Below the pieces are notes generated by a model. It was given only the letters and a program-made list of their open reading frames with translations, had not been told where the DNA came from and did not search any database. From Gammaproteobacteria bacterium (lineage in GTDB: Bacteria > Pseudomonadota > Gammaproteobacteria > Pseudomonadales > Cellvibrionaceae), in NCBI GenBank assembly GCA_005801205.1, contig SYDJ01000111.1, forward strand, positions 636 to 64,635: 64,000 nucleotides of DNA, given 5' to 3'. The position numbers were made by a program, and so were the translations under genes. The stretch's first letter is position 1; every line of letters starts with the position of its first letter. Shown here one piece after another: positions 10,014 through 21,258 of the stretch.

Positions 10014-10787
10014 TTACAAGCGTACTTCAATGCCTTGAGCACGCATAAACTCTTTCGCCTGGGGCACTGTGTATTCGCGGAAGTGGAAAATACTCGCCGC
10101 CAAAACCGCATCGGCACGGCCCAAGGTCACGCCATCCACCAAGTGCTGCAAATTACCTACGCCGCCAGAAGCAATCACCGGCACCGCAACCGCATCGCTA
10201 ATCGCTCGGGTCACACCCAAGTCATAACCCGCTTTTGTGCCATCACCATCCATACTGGTTAGCAAAATCTCGCCAGCGCCGTATTCCGCCATGCGGATTG
10301 CCCATTCCACCGCGTTAATACCGGTCGGCTTACGGCCACCGTGGGTGAAAATCTCCCAGCGCGGTTCTTCGCCATCTTTGCTGACTTTCTTAGCATCAAT
10401 CGCCACCACAATACACTGAGCACCAAAGCGATCGGACGCGGCTTTTACAAAATCCGGATTAAACACCGCCGCAGAGTTAATTCCCACTTTATCTGCACCG
10501 GCATTCAACATGGTGCGAATATCATCCACCGTGCGAATGCCACCGCCAACCGTAAGCGGAATAAACACTTCGCTGGCGATTTTCTCGACCGTATGCACGG
10601 TGGTATCGCGGCCTTCATGGGTAGCGGTGATATCGAGAAAGGTAATCTCATCCGCGCCCTCTTGGTTATAGCGCTTAGCAATTTCCACCGGATCACCCGC
10701 ATCGCGGATATCCAAAAACTGTACGCCTTTGACCACGCGGCCATTGTCCACATCAAGGCAGGGAATAATGCGTTTTGCGAGTGCCAT
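10014..10787 (-). CDS. hisF: Imidazole glycerol phosphate synthase cyclase subunit
   Basis: [52 protein letters not shown]. Confidence 0.98.
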   Translation of the reverse strand: MALAKRIIPCLDVDNGRVVKGVQFLDIRDAGDPVEIAKRYNQEGADEITFLDITATHEGRDTTVHTVEKIASEVFIPLTVGGGIRTVDDIRTMLNAGADKVGINSAAVFNPDFVKAASDRFGAQCIVVAIDAKKVSKDGEEPRWEIFTHGGRKPTGINAVEWAIRMAEYGAGEILLTSMDGDGTKAGYDLGVTRAISDAVAVPVIASGGVGNLQHLVDGVTLGRADAVLAASIFHFREYTVPQAKEFMRAQGIEVRL

Positions 10788-10810
10788 ATATTCGAATCCA
10801 ATAAAACCAA

Positions 10811-11689
10811 TTAGTTTTTGAGTGGTAATGCCCAGAGCAAGCCTTGGGTGATAAATGTCGGATAGCCTGACAAGTGGCCTTCATCGGGTATCACACGGGT
10901 GGTGATCTGCAACTGAGGATAGCGCCTCGCTTGCAAATGTTTATCTAACGCCAACATATTTTTGACCATGCCATTATCGGGGCCTTTTTCTTCAGCACCT
11001 GTGGCCATAAATACTTTTGCTTTCAGGTCTCTATGTGTTTTTGCGTAATCGGCTTCAAGACTAAACATAACTTTATCGCCATACCACAATGACGGGCTGC
11101 CGATTAAATAATAATCAAACAAATTCGGTTGGGTAAGTAATATGTAAGTGCCGAGTAAACCACCGTAAGAGTGCCCAGCAAAAATTTTCTTAGTAGGATC
11201 TACCGCGTAATGGCTCATTAGATACGGCAGCAGTTCTTGTGCAATAAACTGGATAAAAAGTTTGGCTTGGCCCGATTCTGCCTGCGCAGCCTTGGTATTG
11301 AATTTTTCATTGGGCGAAAAGCTTGGCGTGTAGTCCCGAGAGCGGCTTTTATTGATATCGTCGCCTTTTGAGTAGGAGATGCCGACAATAATAGACTGCT
11401 CATAAACTTGGTTTCGCTCGCTCATCCGCCAATTGATACTGCTGACCAAGGGAAACGCATAGTAGCCATCCGTTAGCACCACTAATGGAAATTTTTGCCC
11501 TGCATTTTTGCCGTAGTTCTCCGGGAGCTTGATATAGATTTCATACTCTTTGCCGTTCGCTTTTGCATGGAAGTCGATAACTTCAGAGCGATCCAAGGTG
11601 TAAGGGCGGTGAACATCTGGCGCTGAAAAAGCCTTCAGCGGCAAGATGAAAATGATTAATGCAATGATTGTTAAATGGTGACTTCGCAA
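10811..11689 (-). CDS. Secreted alpha/beta-hydrolase esterase (IroE/Fes/YuiI-like)
   Basis: Signal peptide, [14 protein letters not shown] nucleophile elbow, SPSLW, C-terminal His; start placed at TTG 11689 because the longer ORF start runs through a REP. Confidence 0.8.
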   Translation of the reverse strand: MRSHHLTIIALIIFILPLKAFSAPDVHRPYTLDRSEVIDFHAKANGKEYEIYIKLPENYGKNAGQKFPLVVLTDGYYAFPLVSSINWRMSERNQVYEQSIIVGISYSKGDDINKSRSRDYTPSFSPNEKFNTKAAQAESGQAKLFIQFIAQELLPYLMSHYAVDPTKKIFAGHSYGGLLGTYILLTQPNLFDYYLIGSPSLWYGDKVMFSLEADYAKTHRDLKAKVFMATGAEEKGPDNGMVKNMLALDKHLQARRYPQLQITTRVIPDEGHLSGYPTFITQGLLWALPLKN

Positions 11690-11703
11690 CTTAATGCTCT
11701 CAT

Positions 11704-11847
11704 GTAGGTTGGCGCTGAGGTACGAAGCCCAACATGACCATCTTGCCGCAAAAACCAACATTTGAAAATTGTAATAGCCGCTTTGAAAAAGTCATGTGCG
11801 TTTTGCGAGTCAGACATGTTGGGCTTCGTACCTCAGCACCAACCTAC
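11704..11847. repeat. REPIN: inverted pair of GTAG-type REP sequences
   Basis: GTAGGTTGGCGCTGAGGTACGAAGCCCAACATG (11704-11736) versus the inverted copy at 11815-11847, 1 mismatch. Confidence 0.9.
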
Positions 11848-11859
11848 CGACTCCCATTC

Positions 11860-12591
11860 TTAATTCGCGTCGCAATAAGCCTGCGCTTCCGCCATGGTCA
11901 AGGTACCTTCGTAAATCGCGCGACCGGTAATCGCACCGCAAATACCTTTATGAGACTCGGCTTTAAGGGCAATGATATCTTGCATATTGGTCACGCCGCC
12001 GGAGGCGATAATTGGGATGCTCGAGGCTTGCGCCATAGCCACAGTGGCTTGCACATTTACGCCTTGCATCATGCCGTCGCGGGCGATATCGGTGTAGACG
12101 ATACTGCTTACGCCGTCTTGTTCGAAGCGCTTAGCTAGCTCAGACGCTTGGATATTGGAGACTTCTGCCCAACCGTCGGTGGCAACCCAACCATCTTTGG
12201 CATCGAGGCCGACGATGATGTGGCCGGGGAACTGCTTGCACATATCGGTCACAAACTGCGGCTCTTTTACCGCTTTGGTGCCGATAATCAAATACTGCAC
12301 GCCTGCGTTTAAGTAGTACTCAATGGTTTCCGCGCTGCGAATGCCGCCGCCGATTTGAATCGGTAGGTTGGGGTAGGCTTTGGCAATAGCCGTAACCACA
12401 CCGCCATTCATCGGCTTGCCTTCAAAGGCACCGTTCAAATCCACAAGGTGCAAACGGCGGCAGCCTTGCTCAACCCATTGCGCGGCCATGGCGACGGGAT
12501 CGTCGGAGAACACGGTGGAATCGTCCATTAAACCTTGGCGTAAACGTACACATTGGCCGTCTTTTAAATCAATGGCGGGGATAATTAGCAT
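11860..12591 (-). CDS. hisA: ProFAR isomerase
   Basis: [51 protein letters not shown]. Confidence 0.98.
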   Translation of the reverse strand: MLIIPAIDLKDGQCVRLRQGLMDDSTVFSDDPVAMAAQWVEQGCRRLHLVDLNGAFEGKPMNGGVVTAIAKAYPNLPIQIGGGIRSAETIEYYLNAGVQYLIIGTKAVKEPQFVTDMCKQFPGHIIVGLDAKDGWVATDGWAEVSNIQASELAKRFEQDGVSSIVYTDIARDGMMQGVNVQATVAMAQASSIPIIASGGVTNMQDIIALKAESHKGICGAITGRAIYEGTLTMAEAQAYCDAN

Positions 12592-12620
12592 GTATAACTC
12601 TCATCTAAATCGGAAAATTT

Positions 12621-12741
12621 AACCCCCTCCCAACCTCCCCCTTCACAAAGGGGAGGAGCCGACTCCCTATATCAAGGAGAGCTCATTACAGGGCGAGGAC
12701 TAGCTCCTCCCCCTTGTGAAGGGGGAGGTTGGGAGGGGGTT
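12621..12741. repeat. C/G-run-rich palindromic repeat element (second REP-like family)
   Basis: 39-nt arms AACCCCCTCCCAACCTCCCCCTTCACAAAGGGGAGGAGC (12621-12659) and inverted copy 12703-12741, 1 mismatch; each arm is itself a hairpin. Confidence 0.9.
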
Positions 12742-13397
12742 TACGCCTTACCATCCCAATGTAAAAAATTCTTAAGCAACTGCAAGCCGGCGGTGTGGCT
12801 CTTTTCTGGGTGGAATTGCACCGCGAATAGGTTGCCGCGAGTGAGCGCCGCGTGAAATTGCACGCCGTAATCGCAGCTCGCCGCCACCAAACTTTTATCT
12901 GCCGACAGCACATAGAAGCTATGGACGAAATAGAAGCGGCTGTCTTGGGGAATATCGGCCCAAAGCGGGTGATCGTTGTGCTGAACTTGATTCCACCCCA
13001 TGTGCGGGACTTTTAGATGATTTCCAGCCGCGTCATGATAGTTTTCGCCGAAGAAGCGCACATTTCCGCGCAAGATGCCAATGCAATCGACGCCGCTATT
13101 TTCTTCGCTGTGATCCATTAACGCCTGCATGCCCACACAAATACCCAGCACGGGTTTGCCAGTGGCGATTTGTTCGCGCAGCAGTTTATCGAAGCCAAGA
13201 CGCTTAATTTCCGCCATGCAATCGCGAATTGCGCCTACGCCAGGGAAAATCACGCGATCTGCGGCAGCAACTACAGCAGGATCGGCAGTCACAACAACAG
13301 TTTGCTCGGGGGCAACATGCTCCAAGGCACTCTTCACCGAGTGGAGGTTGCCCATGCCGTAGTCAATAACGGCAACGGTTTGTTTAACTGGGGTCAT
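12741..13397 (-). CDS. hisH: Imidazole glycerol phosphate synthase glutaminase subunit
   Basis: [41 protein letters not shown]. Confidence 0.98.
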   Translation of the reverse strand: MTPVKQTVAVIDYGMGNLHSVKSALEHVAPEQTVVVTADPAVVAAADRVIFPGVGAIRDCMAEIKRLGFDKLLREQIATGKPVLGICVGMQALMDHSEENSGVDCIGILRGNVRFFGENYHDAAGNHLKVPHMGWNQVQHNDHPLWADIPQDSRFYFVHSFYVLSADKSLVAASCDYGVQFHAALTRGNLFAVQFHPEKSHTAGLQLLKNFLHWDGKA

Positions 13398-13400
13398 TAC

Positions 13401-13994
13401 TTAGAGACTTCCCTTGGTAGAAGGCATGATGCCTTCCATACGTGGGTCTAATTCCAGCGCCATACGCAGGGCGCGGCCAAAGGCTTTGAACACGGTTTCA
13501 ATCTGGTGATGGGCGTTGTGACCGCGTAGGTTGTCCACATGTAGCGTTACGCCAGCGTGGTTAACGAAGCCTTGGAAGAATTCCCAAAACAGCTCCACAT
13601 CAAATTGACCGACGCGTTTTTGGGTAAAGGGAATGTGCATGACCAAGCCGGGGCGGCCAGAGAAATCGATGACTACGCGCGATAAGGCTTCATCCAGCGG
13701 AACATAGGCGTGACCATAACGGCGAATACCTTTCTTGTCGCCCACGGCTTTAGCAATCGCTTGGCCGATGGTGATGCCAATGTCTTCTACCGAGTGGTGA
13801 TCATCAATGTGGGTATCGCCATCGCAAGTGACATCTAGATCAATCATGCCGTGACGAGCAATTTGATCCATCATGTGCTCTAAAAAGGGCACGCCGGTAT
13901 TGAACACACCTTTGCCCGAGCCGTCCAAATTTAGACTTACGCTTATTTTGGTTTCAAGGGTGTTGCGGGTAACCTGAGCAATACGGTCAGACAT
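13401..13994 (-). CDS. hisB: Imidazoleglycerol-phosphate dehydratase
   Basis: [37 protein letters not shown]; start MSDRIA at 13994. Confidence 0.97.
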   Translation of the reverse strand: MSDRIAQVTRNTLETKISVSLNLDGSGKGVFNTGVPFLEHMMDQIARHGMIDLDVTCDGDTHIDDHHSVEDIGITIGQAIAKAVGDKKGIRRYGHAYVPLDEALSRVVIDFSGRPGLVMHIPFTQKRVGQFDVELFWEFFQGFVNHAGVTLHVDNLRGHNAHHQIETVFKAFGRALRMALELDPRMEGIMPSTKGSL

Positions 13995-14320
13995 GCTGAA
14001 CTCCATCAAACCGGATAATGTCCGGCGACACATAGGAAAGCGCAAATTATATAGACTTGGCGCGATTAATTCACAGCAAACTCACATCTGGCGCTAATTT
14101 TTGTGCACTTGGCGGAGACCTAACACCTAAATTAGCAGGAGATGCTCAGTCATCCCGCGCTTCATTACCGGCGCACAAATATTCATTTCCTCCGCTTTAA
14201 TATAAAAACTCGGTATTAGTGCCAACTTGCGAATGCGCCGCTATGGGTTATCGTTAAGCCATCTGATGGCAATGAGAAATAGTGTCATAGAGTTCACCCT
14301 TAACAACAACACCATAATCA

Positions 14321-14989
14321 ATGAAACCTAAATTGACACGAATTCGCCAACTGATTGAAACCGCCAAACAACACGAGCTTGCTTCACCGCAATTGAATCG
14401 TTTGTTGCAAAATCGTGCTCAGCATTTGCATGAGGCTATTAAATTGCCGCCCGCCGAGGCTGAAAAGTTATTGGCGCAATTTGTGGTTCGCTATATTGCG
14501 CAGGTGCCTGAGTTTATTGAGGCCATTAGTGAGATTACGCAAGAGGCGGGCATTTTTGATGGCATATTGCCGCTGTTGAATATCGCCAGCGATTATTTTT
14601 TAACGCCGCCCGATATTATTGGTCACCACAGCCAATTGGAGGCGCTGCTCGATGAAGCTTATTTAGCGCATCGCTTATTAGAGGAAGTGAATGATCGTTT
14701 TATTGGCTACTGCGGTATTCCGCTTGCGCCTATGGATATGACGCGCGCTAATGTGATTGCCCATGAACTTATCGGAGAACCCTATGCCAACGAGCTTGAT
14801 CAGGCCGTATTATTTTCGGCCGAGCTACTACTGAATCAACACAGTTTTGCGGGCGAAAGTTTTAAACACTATATCGCCTTGCACAAATCACGCGGCTGGT
14901 CACAAGAATTAACACGCTGGCCCTGTTTAACGGAAGACTTGGCGATAGTGTTGGATTTCAGTAACGACAATAAAAACTGGAAGCACTAG
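14321..14989 (+). CDS. Conserved hypothetical helical protein
   Basis: 222-aa ORF with a protein-like conserved-looking block (LLDEAYLAHRLLEEVND...MDMTRAN.IAHELIGE); divergent from hisB. Confidence 0.75.
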   Translation: MKPKLTRIRQLIETAKQHELASPQLNRLLQNRAQHLHEAIKLPPAEAEKLLAQFVVRYIAQVPEFIEAISEITQEAGIFDGILPLLNIASDYFLTPPDIIGHHSQLEALLDEAYLAHRLLEEVNDRFIGYCGIPLAPMDMTRANVIAHELIGEPYANELDQAVLFSAELLLNQHSFAGESFKHYIALHKSRGWSQELTRWPCLTEDLAIVLDFSNDNKNWKH

Positions 14990-15000
14990 CCAAAAAAGTA

Positions 15001-15037
15001 AAAAAGCAGCTTAAGTAAATCACTTAAGCTGCTTTTT
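15001..15037. terminator. Bidirectional intrinsic terminator
   Basis: AAAAAGCAGCTTAAGT-AAATC-ACTTAAGCTGCTTTTT between convergent genes. Confidence 0.88.
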
Positions 15038-15082
15038 ATGTTCCAAAAATCCCTTTAACTCTCCAACTTCAGTGCTTAAACC

Positions 15083-16930
15083 TTAGAGTGGTGGATAAGC
15101 ATTATTCAATAAAACCTTAAAGCCTTCTTTAAACCAACGGCCCGCATGCGGTGCTCCGGGCATGGCACCCGTCAGCAGCCCATTTGTACCGGGTGCCACA
15201 AACGTTGGGTCGCAGAATCTATCGAAACCTTTTGCAGGGTCGGTAGGATCAATGATGCCCGCTGTAGCTACACCGTCTGATTCACCCGGCGGTTTTACCC
15301 ACACATAGGCATCGATACCTACTTCAGGCGCAACAGTTGGACGTTCGCCAATGCCACTTGCTTGGTTACACCACATACCGCGATGGACACGACGATCAAT
15401 GCGCGATTGATCCACAAACGTATCTACATTCGTGCTAGTAGACAACGCATTAGGCCTTGCCGCACCGCCCCAGCCATTGCGAGAGGTATCCACCAACATG
15501 CCTATAGAGCTAGGAAAGCCAAGGCTAATCATTTTAGTTCGCCAAGCTTGCACAAAACTGACCTCGCTGAAGATAGGATTCCATTCATAATATTTTGCCT
15601 GACGAACCTGTGTACCGCCGTTACTACCGGGCATTGCTGCCATGGAGAAACTATCCAAAAACGGTTCTTTTAAAGGCGTCGCATTGGCAGTATTAGAAAT
15701 AAAACCGGCAATACTGTTTACCCCTGCATTGGTTCCCTTAATAGCATTCGCAATCAGGGTAGTAGCCTTGGTGAAGTTTTCGTCCCAACCTAGCCAACCT
15801 GAGTGCGCTATATCAACGTAGCTATACACATTTTTAATGGGATAGAGCGTATTTAGGGTAAATTGAGTTGCTTCAATATAACCTCCCGCACCGGCCGCTT
15901 CTTGACAGTCTGGGTCGGACGAATTGGTAACTAAGTTCGGCAAAGAGTCTGGCTCAATAATAGCGACTATGCGTAAATCCTTATATTTAGGGTCTGCCAA
16001 AATGGCGGCCAGAGGTGTGATGTATTCATTTTTGTAGCGATTAAAACCATTCTCCTTGATTTTCAGCTCCCCATTTGACGCGAGCGCAAAACAATCACGA
16101 TTCGGCAAGTCATAAACCACAACCTGAATCAGGTTGGCTTTCTGTGCCAAAGCTGCATCCAAGTGTTCACGTAAGCCCATAGTGCCTGATTCAGTAGGCT
16201 CTATAGCGCCAATCCGATCCATCCACACTGCCGTGTTGTAATTGGCAATTTTAGAGCCGCCATCGCGCATAGCATTCGCAGACCAGATTGGGTCTACATA
16301 CCACACGGCACCTACAAATGGATTATCCAAACGTGTAACGCTACCCACACTAGAAGAGCTACTACTTACTTTACTGGAGGATGAGCTGCTGGAGGAAAGT
16401 GATGACTTACTTGAACTACTCACCACTGAGGATTGGACCGATGAAATAACCGACGATTTTGATGATGAGGAAACAGTGGATGATCTTGACGACGAGATAA
16501 CTGAGCTGGCTACAGAGCTTTTGACACTGCTTGCCACACTAGAGCTACCCGTGGCGCACACGGGATTAATAAAACTACCGTCGTGATTTCCCTGCAGGCC
16601 GAAGGTGGTTTTTTGCCCCGGAGCCAAGGTGCCATTGTAAGAAACATTCTTTGCATTCACGGTTGTAGTACCTGAAATTACGGCACTCCAAAAGTTAGTG
16701 ATTTGTGCGGGTTCACCAAACTTTAGGTCGGTACTCCAGCTTGTTATAGCGGTTGTGCCCGTGTTGGTTACCGATACATCTATCTGATAGCCAGTATTCC
16801 ACGCATTAACTCTATCAATACTACAAGTAATACCCGCTACAGCGCTGTGCGTAAAAAAAGCCGATAGACTAGCGCCTATATAAAATAAGCGGCGCAGGCT
16901 GCTACGCGTTTGTACATTTTGATTATTCAT
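15083..16930 (-). CDS. Secreted GH6 cellobiohydrolase/cellulase: signal peptide-CBM2-poly-Ser linker-GH6
   Basis: CBM2 (C...W.TG...V.N.G...ISSW...W...FG.QG...C), Ser-rich linker, GH6 motifs VYDLPNRDC, IIEPDSL, HSGWLGW, DTSRNG, WCN, WVKPPGESDG, PHAG.WF. Confidence 0.93.
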   Translation of the reverse strand: MNNQNVQTRSSLRRLFYIGASLSAFFTHSAVAGITCSIDRVNAWNTGYQIDVSVTNTGTTAITSWSTDLKFGEPAQITNFWSAVISGTTTVNAKNVSYNGTLAPGQKTTFGLQGNHDGSFINPVCATGSSSVASSVKSSVASSVISSSRSSTVSSSSKSSVISSVQSSVVSSSSKSSLSSSSSSSSKVSSSSSSVGSVTRLDNPFVGAVWYVDPIWSANAMRDGGSKIANYNTAVWMDRIGAIEPTESGTMGLREHLDAALAQKANLIQVVVYDLPNRDCFALASNGELKIKENGFNRYKNEYITPLAAILADPKYKDLRIVAIIEPDSLPNLVTNSSDPDCQEAAGAGGYIEATQFTLNTLYPIKNVYSYVDIAHSGWLGWDENFTKATTLIANAIKGTNAGVNSIAGFISNTANATPLKEPFLDSFSMAAMPGSNGGTQVRQAKYYEWNPIFSEVSFVQAWRTKMISLGFPSSIGMLVDTSRNGWGGAARPNALSTSTNVDTFVDQSRIDRRVHRGMWCNQASGIGERPTVAPEVGIDAYVWVKPPGESDGVATAGIIDPTDPAKGFDRFCDPTFVAPGTNGLLTGAMPGAPHAGRWFKEGFKVLLNNAYPPL

Positions 16931-16998
16931 AAAAACCTCAGAATTATTGTTTTATTGAGTATGAAAGGCGCCGCGCAAAAGCCAAGGCAAGCGCCAAA

Positions 16999-17029
16999 AG
17001 CGACCAGTACTTTACAAGTACTGGTCGCT
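16999..17029. promoter_or_regulatory. Strong hairpin without U-tract between the two cellulase genes
   Basis: AGCGACCAGTACTT-TAC-AAGTACTGGTCGCT, 5 nt past the GH5 stop codon. Confidence 0.6.
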
Positions 17030-17034
17030 CAGCA

Positions 17035-18894
17035 TTAAAGACCCACTGGCTCTACACCACCGCCTAGATAATAGTCAGTTACACTTAAGCCAACCCCTGC
17101 GCCACCTAGGGGGATTTTATGATCCAAACCAATAAATTTGCCGCTCGCCGCTTTCCAGAGCGAGGGTTTCATCATGGCGTATTTTGCTTCATCCCACGTG
17201 GTCCAATCGTTCATGAGCAAACCACCGGTATCGCCAGAGTTAGGGTTTATGCACCAGAAGGTATGATGTAATTTGTATTGAATAATCAAGTCACGCATGG
17301 CCTTCATCCAAACCTCATTGGCACCGCCATCCATAAAGCCGCCCCATTCACCAATCAACAAGGGCGATATGCGTTGCTCATGAATGTAGAGCCAGTTTTC
17401 ATGCCATACGTCTTTGTAGAGTGTTTCTTTTGAGAAGCCGCTGTAAAACCAGGGTTGCGCAAATACCAAGGGGCCGTAGTCGTGCGGGGAATACATAATT
17501 TGTTGCTGATGCCCTGCCACGGTTACCGGCAATGCTGCAACGCCGCGTAAATTCCCACCCCACCAATTTGAGTGATAGTCAGTTTTTACTTTGGATGTCC
17601 AGGTTTTACCGTCAACGGGATAGACCTCAATACCTTCAACTAAAATCAACACATTTGGATTGATTGCCAATATGCGTCTTGCCGTTTCTTCAGCGGTATA
17701 TTTCCAGTTCGTGACATCGGTAGAGTTATCCCATTTTGCAAAGGCTTCACTTCCCGTTGCCTGCCCATGAGGCTCATTTTTCAAGTCAAAGGCGACTATG
17801 GTGTCATCATTTTTATAACGCCTTGCCACCCATTCCCAGGCCGCATAAAAATCTGCTGTGGTAAACGCACCTTTATACCAAAGTGGTGCAATGTGGCCTG
17901 AGTTGTCTGCTTCTGCCGAATGTACATCGAGCAATACCTTCAAACCGTATTTTTTTGATTGCGCCAAAAACGCATCAAAAATCTGTAAGCTGGTTTTGCC
18001 CGCTAACTCTGGGTTGGCGTAGTCATTAATGCTGACCGCTGCGGCTTGGCCGTTTTGCCACTCTTTCAGTAATTGAACCGAAATAGGGACACGTAGAATA
18101 TTGATGCCTCGAGCGGAAATAGACTTCAAGGTCACATCCATATTGACCGACCAGAGACCATGAAATACCCGCTCGCCGGCATTAAACCCAAACCAATTGG
18201 CACCGGTTAACCAGACTGCCTTTCCATTTTTATCTAAAATTTTACTGCCATCGGTATGTAACCAGTCGTCATTGTTCGCATCCATTGGCACGCTGCTCAC
18301 AGAACTGCTTGAGCTGGCGACTTTGGATGAACTGCTGGACGTTACCGAACTGGCAACGGAGCTGCTAGAACTCCGCTTGCTCGAACTGCTAGATACAGGC
18401 ACGGAGCTTGACGTTTTGGTGGAAGATGCAACCGAACTTGAGGTTTTTACCGAGGATGCGACGGAGCTTGATGAGCTGGATTTGGGTGCACTAGAAGCAG
18501 CAGAAGAAGCCGTTCCACACACACTACCCGTCACCTTGGGCACTTCTGCCGGCACACCGTTGGTATCGCCTTGAAAACCAAAATTGACAGACTGCCCCGG
18601 CTGAATACTGCTGTTCCAAGACAGCGCCGATGCTGAATAGGGGTTAGTACCCGTCAGCGTTGCATTCCAAGAGTTAGTGATTTTATTTTTTGAATACTGC
18701 CAATTAACCGTCCAACCGTTAATCGGTGTTGAACCATTATTGGTAATAGTAATGGTACTTTGAAAGCCTGTACCCCAATCGTTAATGACGCTATAGGAAC
18801 AGGTTGCCGCTTGAGTTTGGGCCGCAATCCCCGCCATGGCTAAAGAGCCAAAAAGCAGTGAATACTTAGGCCATAAAAGCTTAGATAGACGCAT
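17035..18894 (-). CDS. Secreted GH5 endoglucanase: signal peptide-CBM2-poly-Ser linker-GH5 (subfamily 1-like)
   Basis: CBM2, Ser-rich linker, [21 protein letters not shown] (acid/base), [14 protein letters not shown] (nucleophile), [14 protein letters not shown]. Confidence 0.93.
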   Translation of the reverse strand: MRLSKLLWPKYSLLFGSLAMAGIAAQTQAATCSYSVINDWGTGFQSTITITNNGSTPINGWTVNWQYSKNKITNSWNATLTGTNPYSASALSWNSSIQPGQSVNFGFQGDTNGVPAEVPKVTGSVCGTASSAASSAPKSSSSSSVASSVKTSSSVASSTKTSSSVPVSSSSSKRSSSSSVASSVTSSSSSKVASSSSSVSSVPMDANNDDWLHTDGSKILDKNGKAVWLTGANWFGFNAGERVFHGLWSVNMDVTLKSISARGINILRVPISVQLLKEWQNGQAAAVSINDYANPELAGKTSLQIFDAFLAQSKKYGLKVLLDVHSAEADNSGHIAPLWYKGAFTTADFYAAWEWVARRYKNDDTIVAFDLKNEPHGQATGSEAFAKWDNSTDVTNWKYTAEETARRILAINPNVLILVEGIEVYPVDGKTWTSKVKTDYHSNWWGGNLRGVAALPVTVAGHQQQIMYSPHDYGPLVFAQPWFYSGFSKETLYKDVWHENWLYIHEQRISPLLIGEWGGFMDGGANEVWMKAMRDLIIQYKLHHTFWCINPNSGDTGGLLMNDWTTWDEAKYAMMKPSLWKAASGKFIGLDHKIPLGGAGVGLSVTDYYLGGGVEPVGL

Positions 18895-19189
18895 TAGACT
18901 TGCCTCGCATAGTTGTTATTAGGAAGTATTGCTAGGGATAAACACTCAAGCGAAATCAACGTGATCGATGGCTTCAATTATTGTTATGACCGCCATGCGG
19001 GCTAAAAACCCTTGAGTGCGAGATAGTAAGCTGCGTCATTAAATTAATGATTAGCCGCTTACTATGCGATGTGAATTTTGTGCAGAAAAACAAAGCCTGT
19101 CGTCCTTTGGAACGTACAACCCCAAAAAACCTTTAAATGGACGTTTTTAGGCGGATAATTCATCTTTTTGTCGTCAAAGCAACAAAAAA

Positions 19190-19215
19190 CAAAAGGCAGC
19201 CGAAGCTGCCTTTTG
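19190..19215 (-). terminator. Intrinsic terminator of the M23 peptidase gene
   Basis: CAAAAGGCAGC-CGAA-GCTGCCTTTTG with T-runs on the minus strand. Confidence 0.8.
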
Positions 19216-19229
19216 GTCTAGCGAATGAA

Positions 19230-20303
19230 TCACTTGCGCCAGATACCCGTGTATACAGAGCCGCAGTACCACCAACCAAAACGGGTGAATCCCAAGTTGG
19301 CCATCTCAGTAGATTTTTTGTTGAAGGTGGTTAATGACATGCCGTGGTAGGCATACCATGAACCGCTCGATGGAACCCAACTGGTGTTGTAAATCTGGCC
19401 ATTATCCGTACAGGCATATGCACTTGGCATTTCGCCAGAATCCACAAAGTGATTGAACCAGGCTTGCATGCGCTCATCGGGAATGTTGTTTACCGTCCAA
19501 TAAGCCACTGAGTGCGGTGCCCAAACCATCATTTCACCAGCGGGAATTGGGTTGCCCATCAAGGGTGTCCAGGTAGCATTTACTGAGGCCGTTTGGTTAG
19601 TAAAAGGCGTGGTGTGACCGTGGTCGAACTCCATCTCAATAGGCTTGTTATCCGAGGTTTGGATATGCACATGCAAGTGCGGGCCCGATGAATTACCCAC
19701 ATTTCCAACTTTACCTAAGACCTGCCCCTTAGTAATGCGCGCGCCGCTGCTGACCCATCCATCGCTATTCAACACAAATCCAGGATTTGCTTTGGAATTA
19801 TAGGTCGCATTGTTGGGGCACAGGCCGGTTGGAATAGAACCGGGTTGCGTATGCGCATAGAGGGCAAAGTTGCCGTCATCATGGCGCACGTACAAATAGT
19901 TTCCTGCATAAGCGATATAACCCTCACCCACTTTGGCATGATTGCCACCGGGCGTATTTTCCGGTGAGTTGCGCCAACAGTTAACCACTGTGCCATTTTC
20001 CATCGCTCGGATATTTGCGCCGTAAACGATGTAGCTGGCATTGAGTTTGGTATCGGAAGCATCGGTTTTTAACTGTGACCATTTGTCGTTACCGACATGA
20101 CGGCGAGCAATGATATCCAATGCCTCAGACTGAGCGCCGCCAGACCAATGGGTGCTAGTGGTGTAGCGTTGCGATAAACCAATATCATCGGCACGCAGCG
20201 GAAAATCAAGCGCAGAGGCAGACACAGAAACCAATGCAGCAGAAGCCACAACCATTGAACGAGCAAGGGAGAATGAGCGAGTAAAACTACGAAATACTGT
20301 CAT
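19230..20303 (-). CDS. Secreted M23-family metallopeptidase with a C-terminal Trp/Tyr-rich repeat region
   Basis: Signal peptide (..SASA), H..D Zn motif (THW...ALD), YAH, GQVLGKVGNVGNSSGPHLHVH; start set at ATG 20303. Confidence 0.8.
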   Translation of the reverse strand: MTVFRSFTRSFSLARSMVVASAALVSVSASALDFPLRADDIGLSQRYTTSTHWSGGAQSEALDIIARRHVGNDKWSQLKTDASDTKLNASYIVYGANIRAMENGTVVNCWRNSPENTPGGNHAKVGEGYIAYAGNYLYVRHDDGNFALYAHTQPGSIPTGLCPNNATYNSKANPGFVLNSDGWVSSGARITKGQVLGKVGNVGNSSGPHLHVHIQTSDNKPIEMEFDHGHTTPFTNQTASVNATWTPLMGNPIPAGEMMVWAPHSVAYWTVNNIPDERMQAWFNHFVDSGEMPSAYACTDNGQIYNTSWVPSSGSWYAYHGMSLTTFNKKSTEMANLGFTRFGWWYCGSVYTGIWRK

Positions 20304-20422
20304 GATAAATTTCCTTTTAGATAAAAAATAAGTGTGCAATAACAAAAACTCGAAAGAACAAGGGTACTGATAACGCCAATCCTTGTAGCACCGCGACTGC
20401 CTTGTCGTTTGTTCATGTGGCC

Positions 20423-20485
20423 ATAATAGAGAAGGGATTTGTCAGGAGTTTGTCGCGCAGAGGAAGATTTGTGTCAATTGTGTCA
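20423..20485 (-). promoter_or_regulatory. Candidate OmpR/PhoB-type activated promoter for the M23 gene
   Basis: Minus strand carries GACAAA direct repeats with 11-bp period (20438-43, 20449-54) ending 9 nt from a TATTAT -10 (20423-28), plus TGACACAA x2 at 20469-85. Confidence 0.5.
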
Positions 20486-20507
20486 GTGCAGCAGAATCCC
20501 CAATCCA

Positions 20508-21227
20508 TTAACTATGGGGGACGTATACATAACCCACAGAGCGTACCGTTTTAATGATGGCGGGCTTTTCCGGATCAACTTCAACTTTCTTACGCATACG
20601 GGTGATGCGGCTGTCGATAGATCGATCAAAGGGATCCGCATCGGTTTTGTGAGCTAGTTCGAGCAAATAATCACGTGATAGCGGGCGATTGGGGTTGGCA
20701 AGAAATACCATCAACAAATCATATTCCATAGCCGTGAGCGGTACTTCAGTATCTCCCTCCCACAGCGTGCGCGCTTCAACATCCAACAAACATTTGCCAA
20801 TTTTTTTGCGCGCATCTTGCACGGGTTGCGCATTAGCAGGCAATTCATTTTGTGTACGCCGTAAAACACTGCGCACCCGCGCCAGCAGCGCGCGCAAATC
20901 AAATGGCTTGCCAACATAATCGTCTGCCCCCATTTCTAGGCCAACGACCATATCCACTTGCCCAGCCGATGCTGTCACCATAATAATTCCAGCACGCGTG
21001 TGCTCGCGCAAATAGCGCGTGAGGGTTAAACCATCTTCCCCCGGCATATTCAAATCCAAGAGCACAATATGAGGAGAAAACTCCGGCAGGATTTTTTTTA
21101 ATTCCTGACCGTTACCCGCAATCTTCACGAGGAATCCTTGCATCTCAAAATAATCGGCGAGCGTTTCAGCGATGTCGATTTCATCATCGACCACAATCAT
21201 TTGATATTGAGTGCTCATAGTGCTCAC
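20508..21227 (-). CDS. OmpR-family response regulator
   Basis: VVDDE, LLDLNMPGEDG, GADDYVGKPF, winged helix (SRDYLL..FDRSIDSRITRMRKK, IKTVRSVGY). Confidence 0.95.
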   Translation of the reverse strand: MSTMSTQYQMIVVDDEIDIAETLADYFEMQGFLVKIAGNGQELKKILPEFSPHIVLLDLNMPGEDGLTLTRYLREHTRAGIIMVTASAGQVDMVVGLEMGADDYVGKPFDLRALLARVRSVLRRTQNELPANAQPVQDARKKIGKCLLDVEARTLWEGDTEVPLTAMEYDLLMVFLANPNRPLSRDYLLELAHKTDADPFDRSIDSRITRMRKKVEVDPEKPAIIKTVRSVGYVYVPHS

Positions 21228-21258
21228 TTGATGCCATGTAAAAATGTTATTGGAAAAT

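Noticed and set aside
11690-12138. N-terminal extension of the esterase ORF and the plus-strand 134-aa ORF
   Set aside because: They read through REP sequence and antisense to hisA
16242-16586. Leu/Glu/Asp-rich plus-strand ORF (also 18197-18574)
   Set aside because: Antisense shadow of the poly-Ser linkers of the cellulase genes
18295-18510. Short quasi-periodic repeats that could suggest an array
   Set aside because: They encode the Ser-rich linker; there is no constant repeat with unique spacers and no cas genes, so this is not CRISPR
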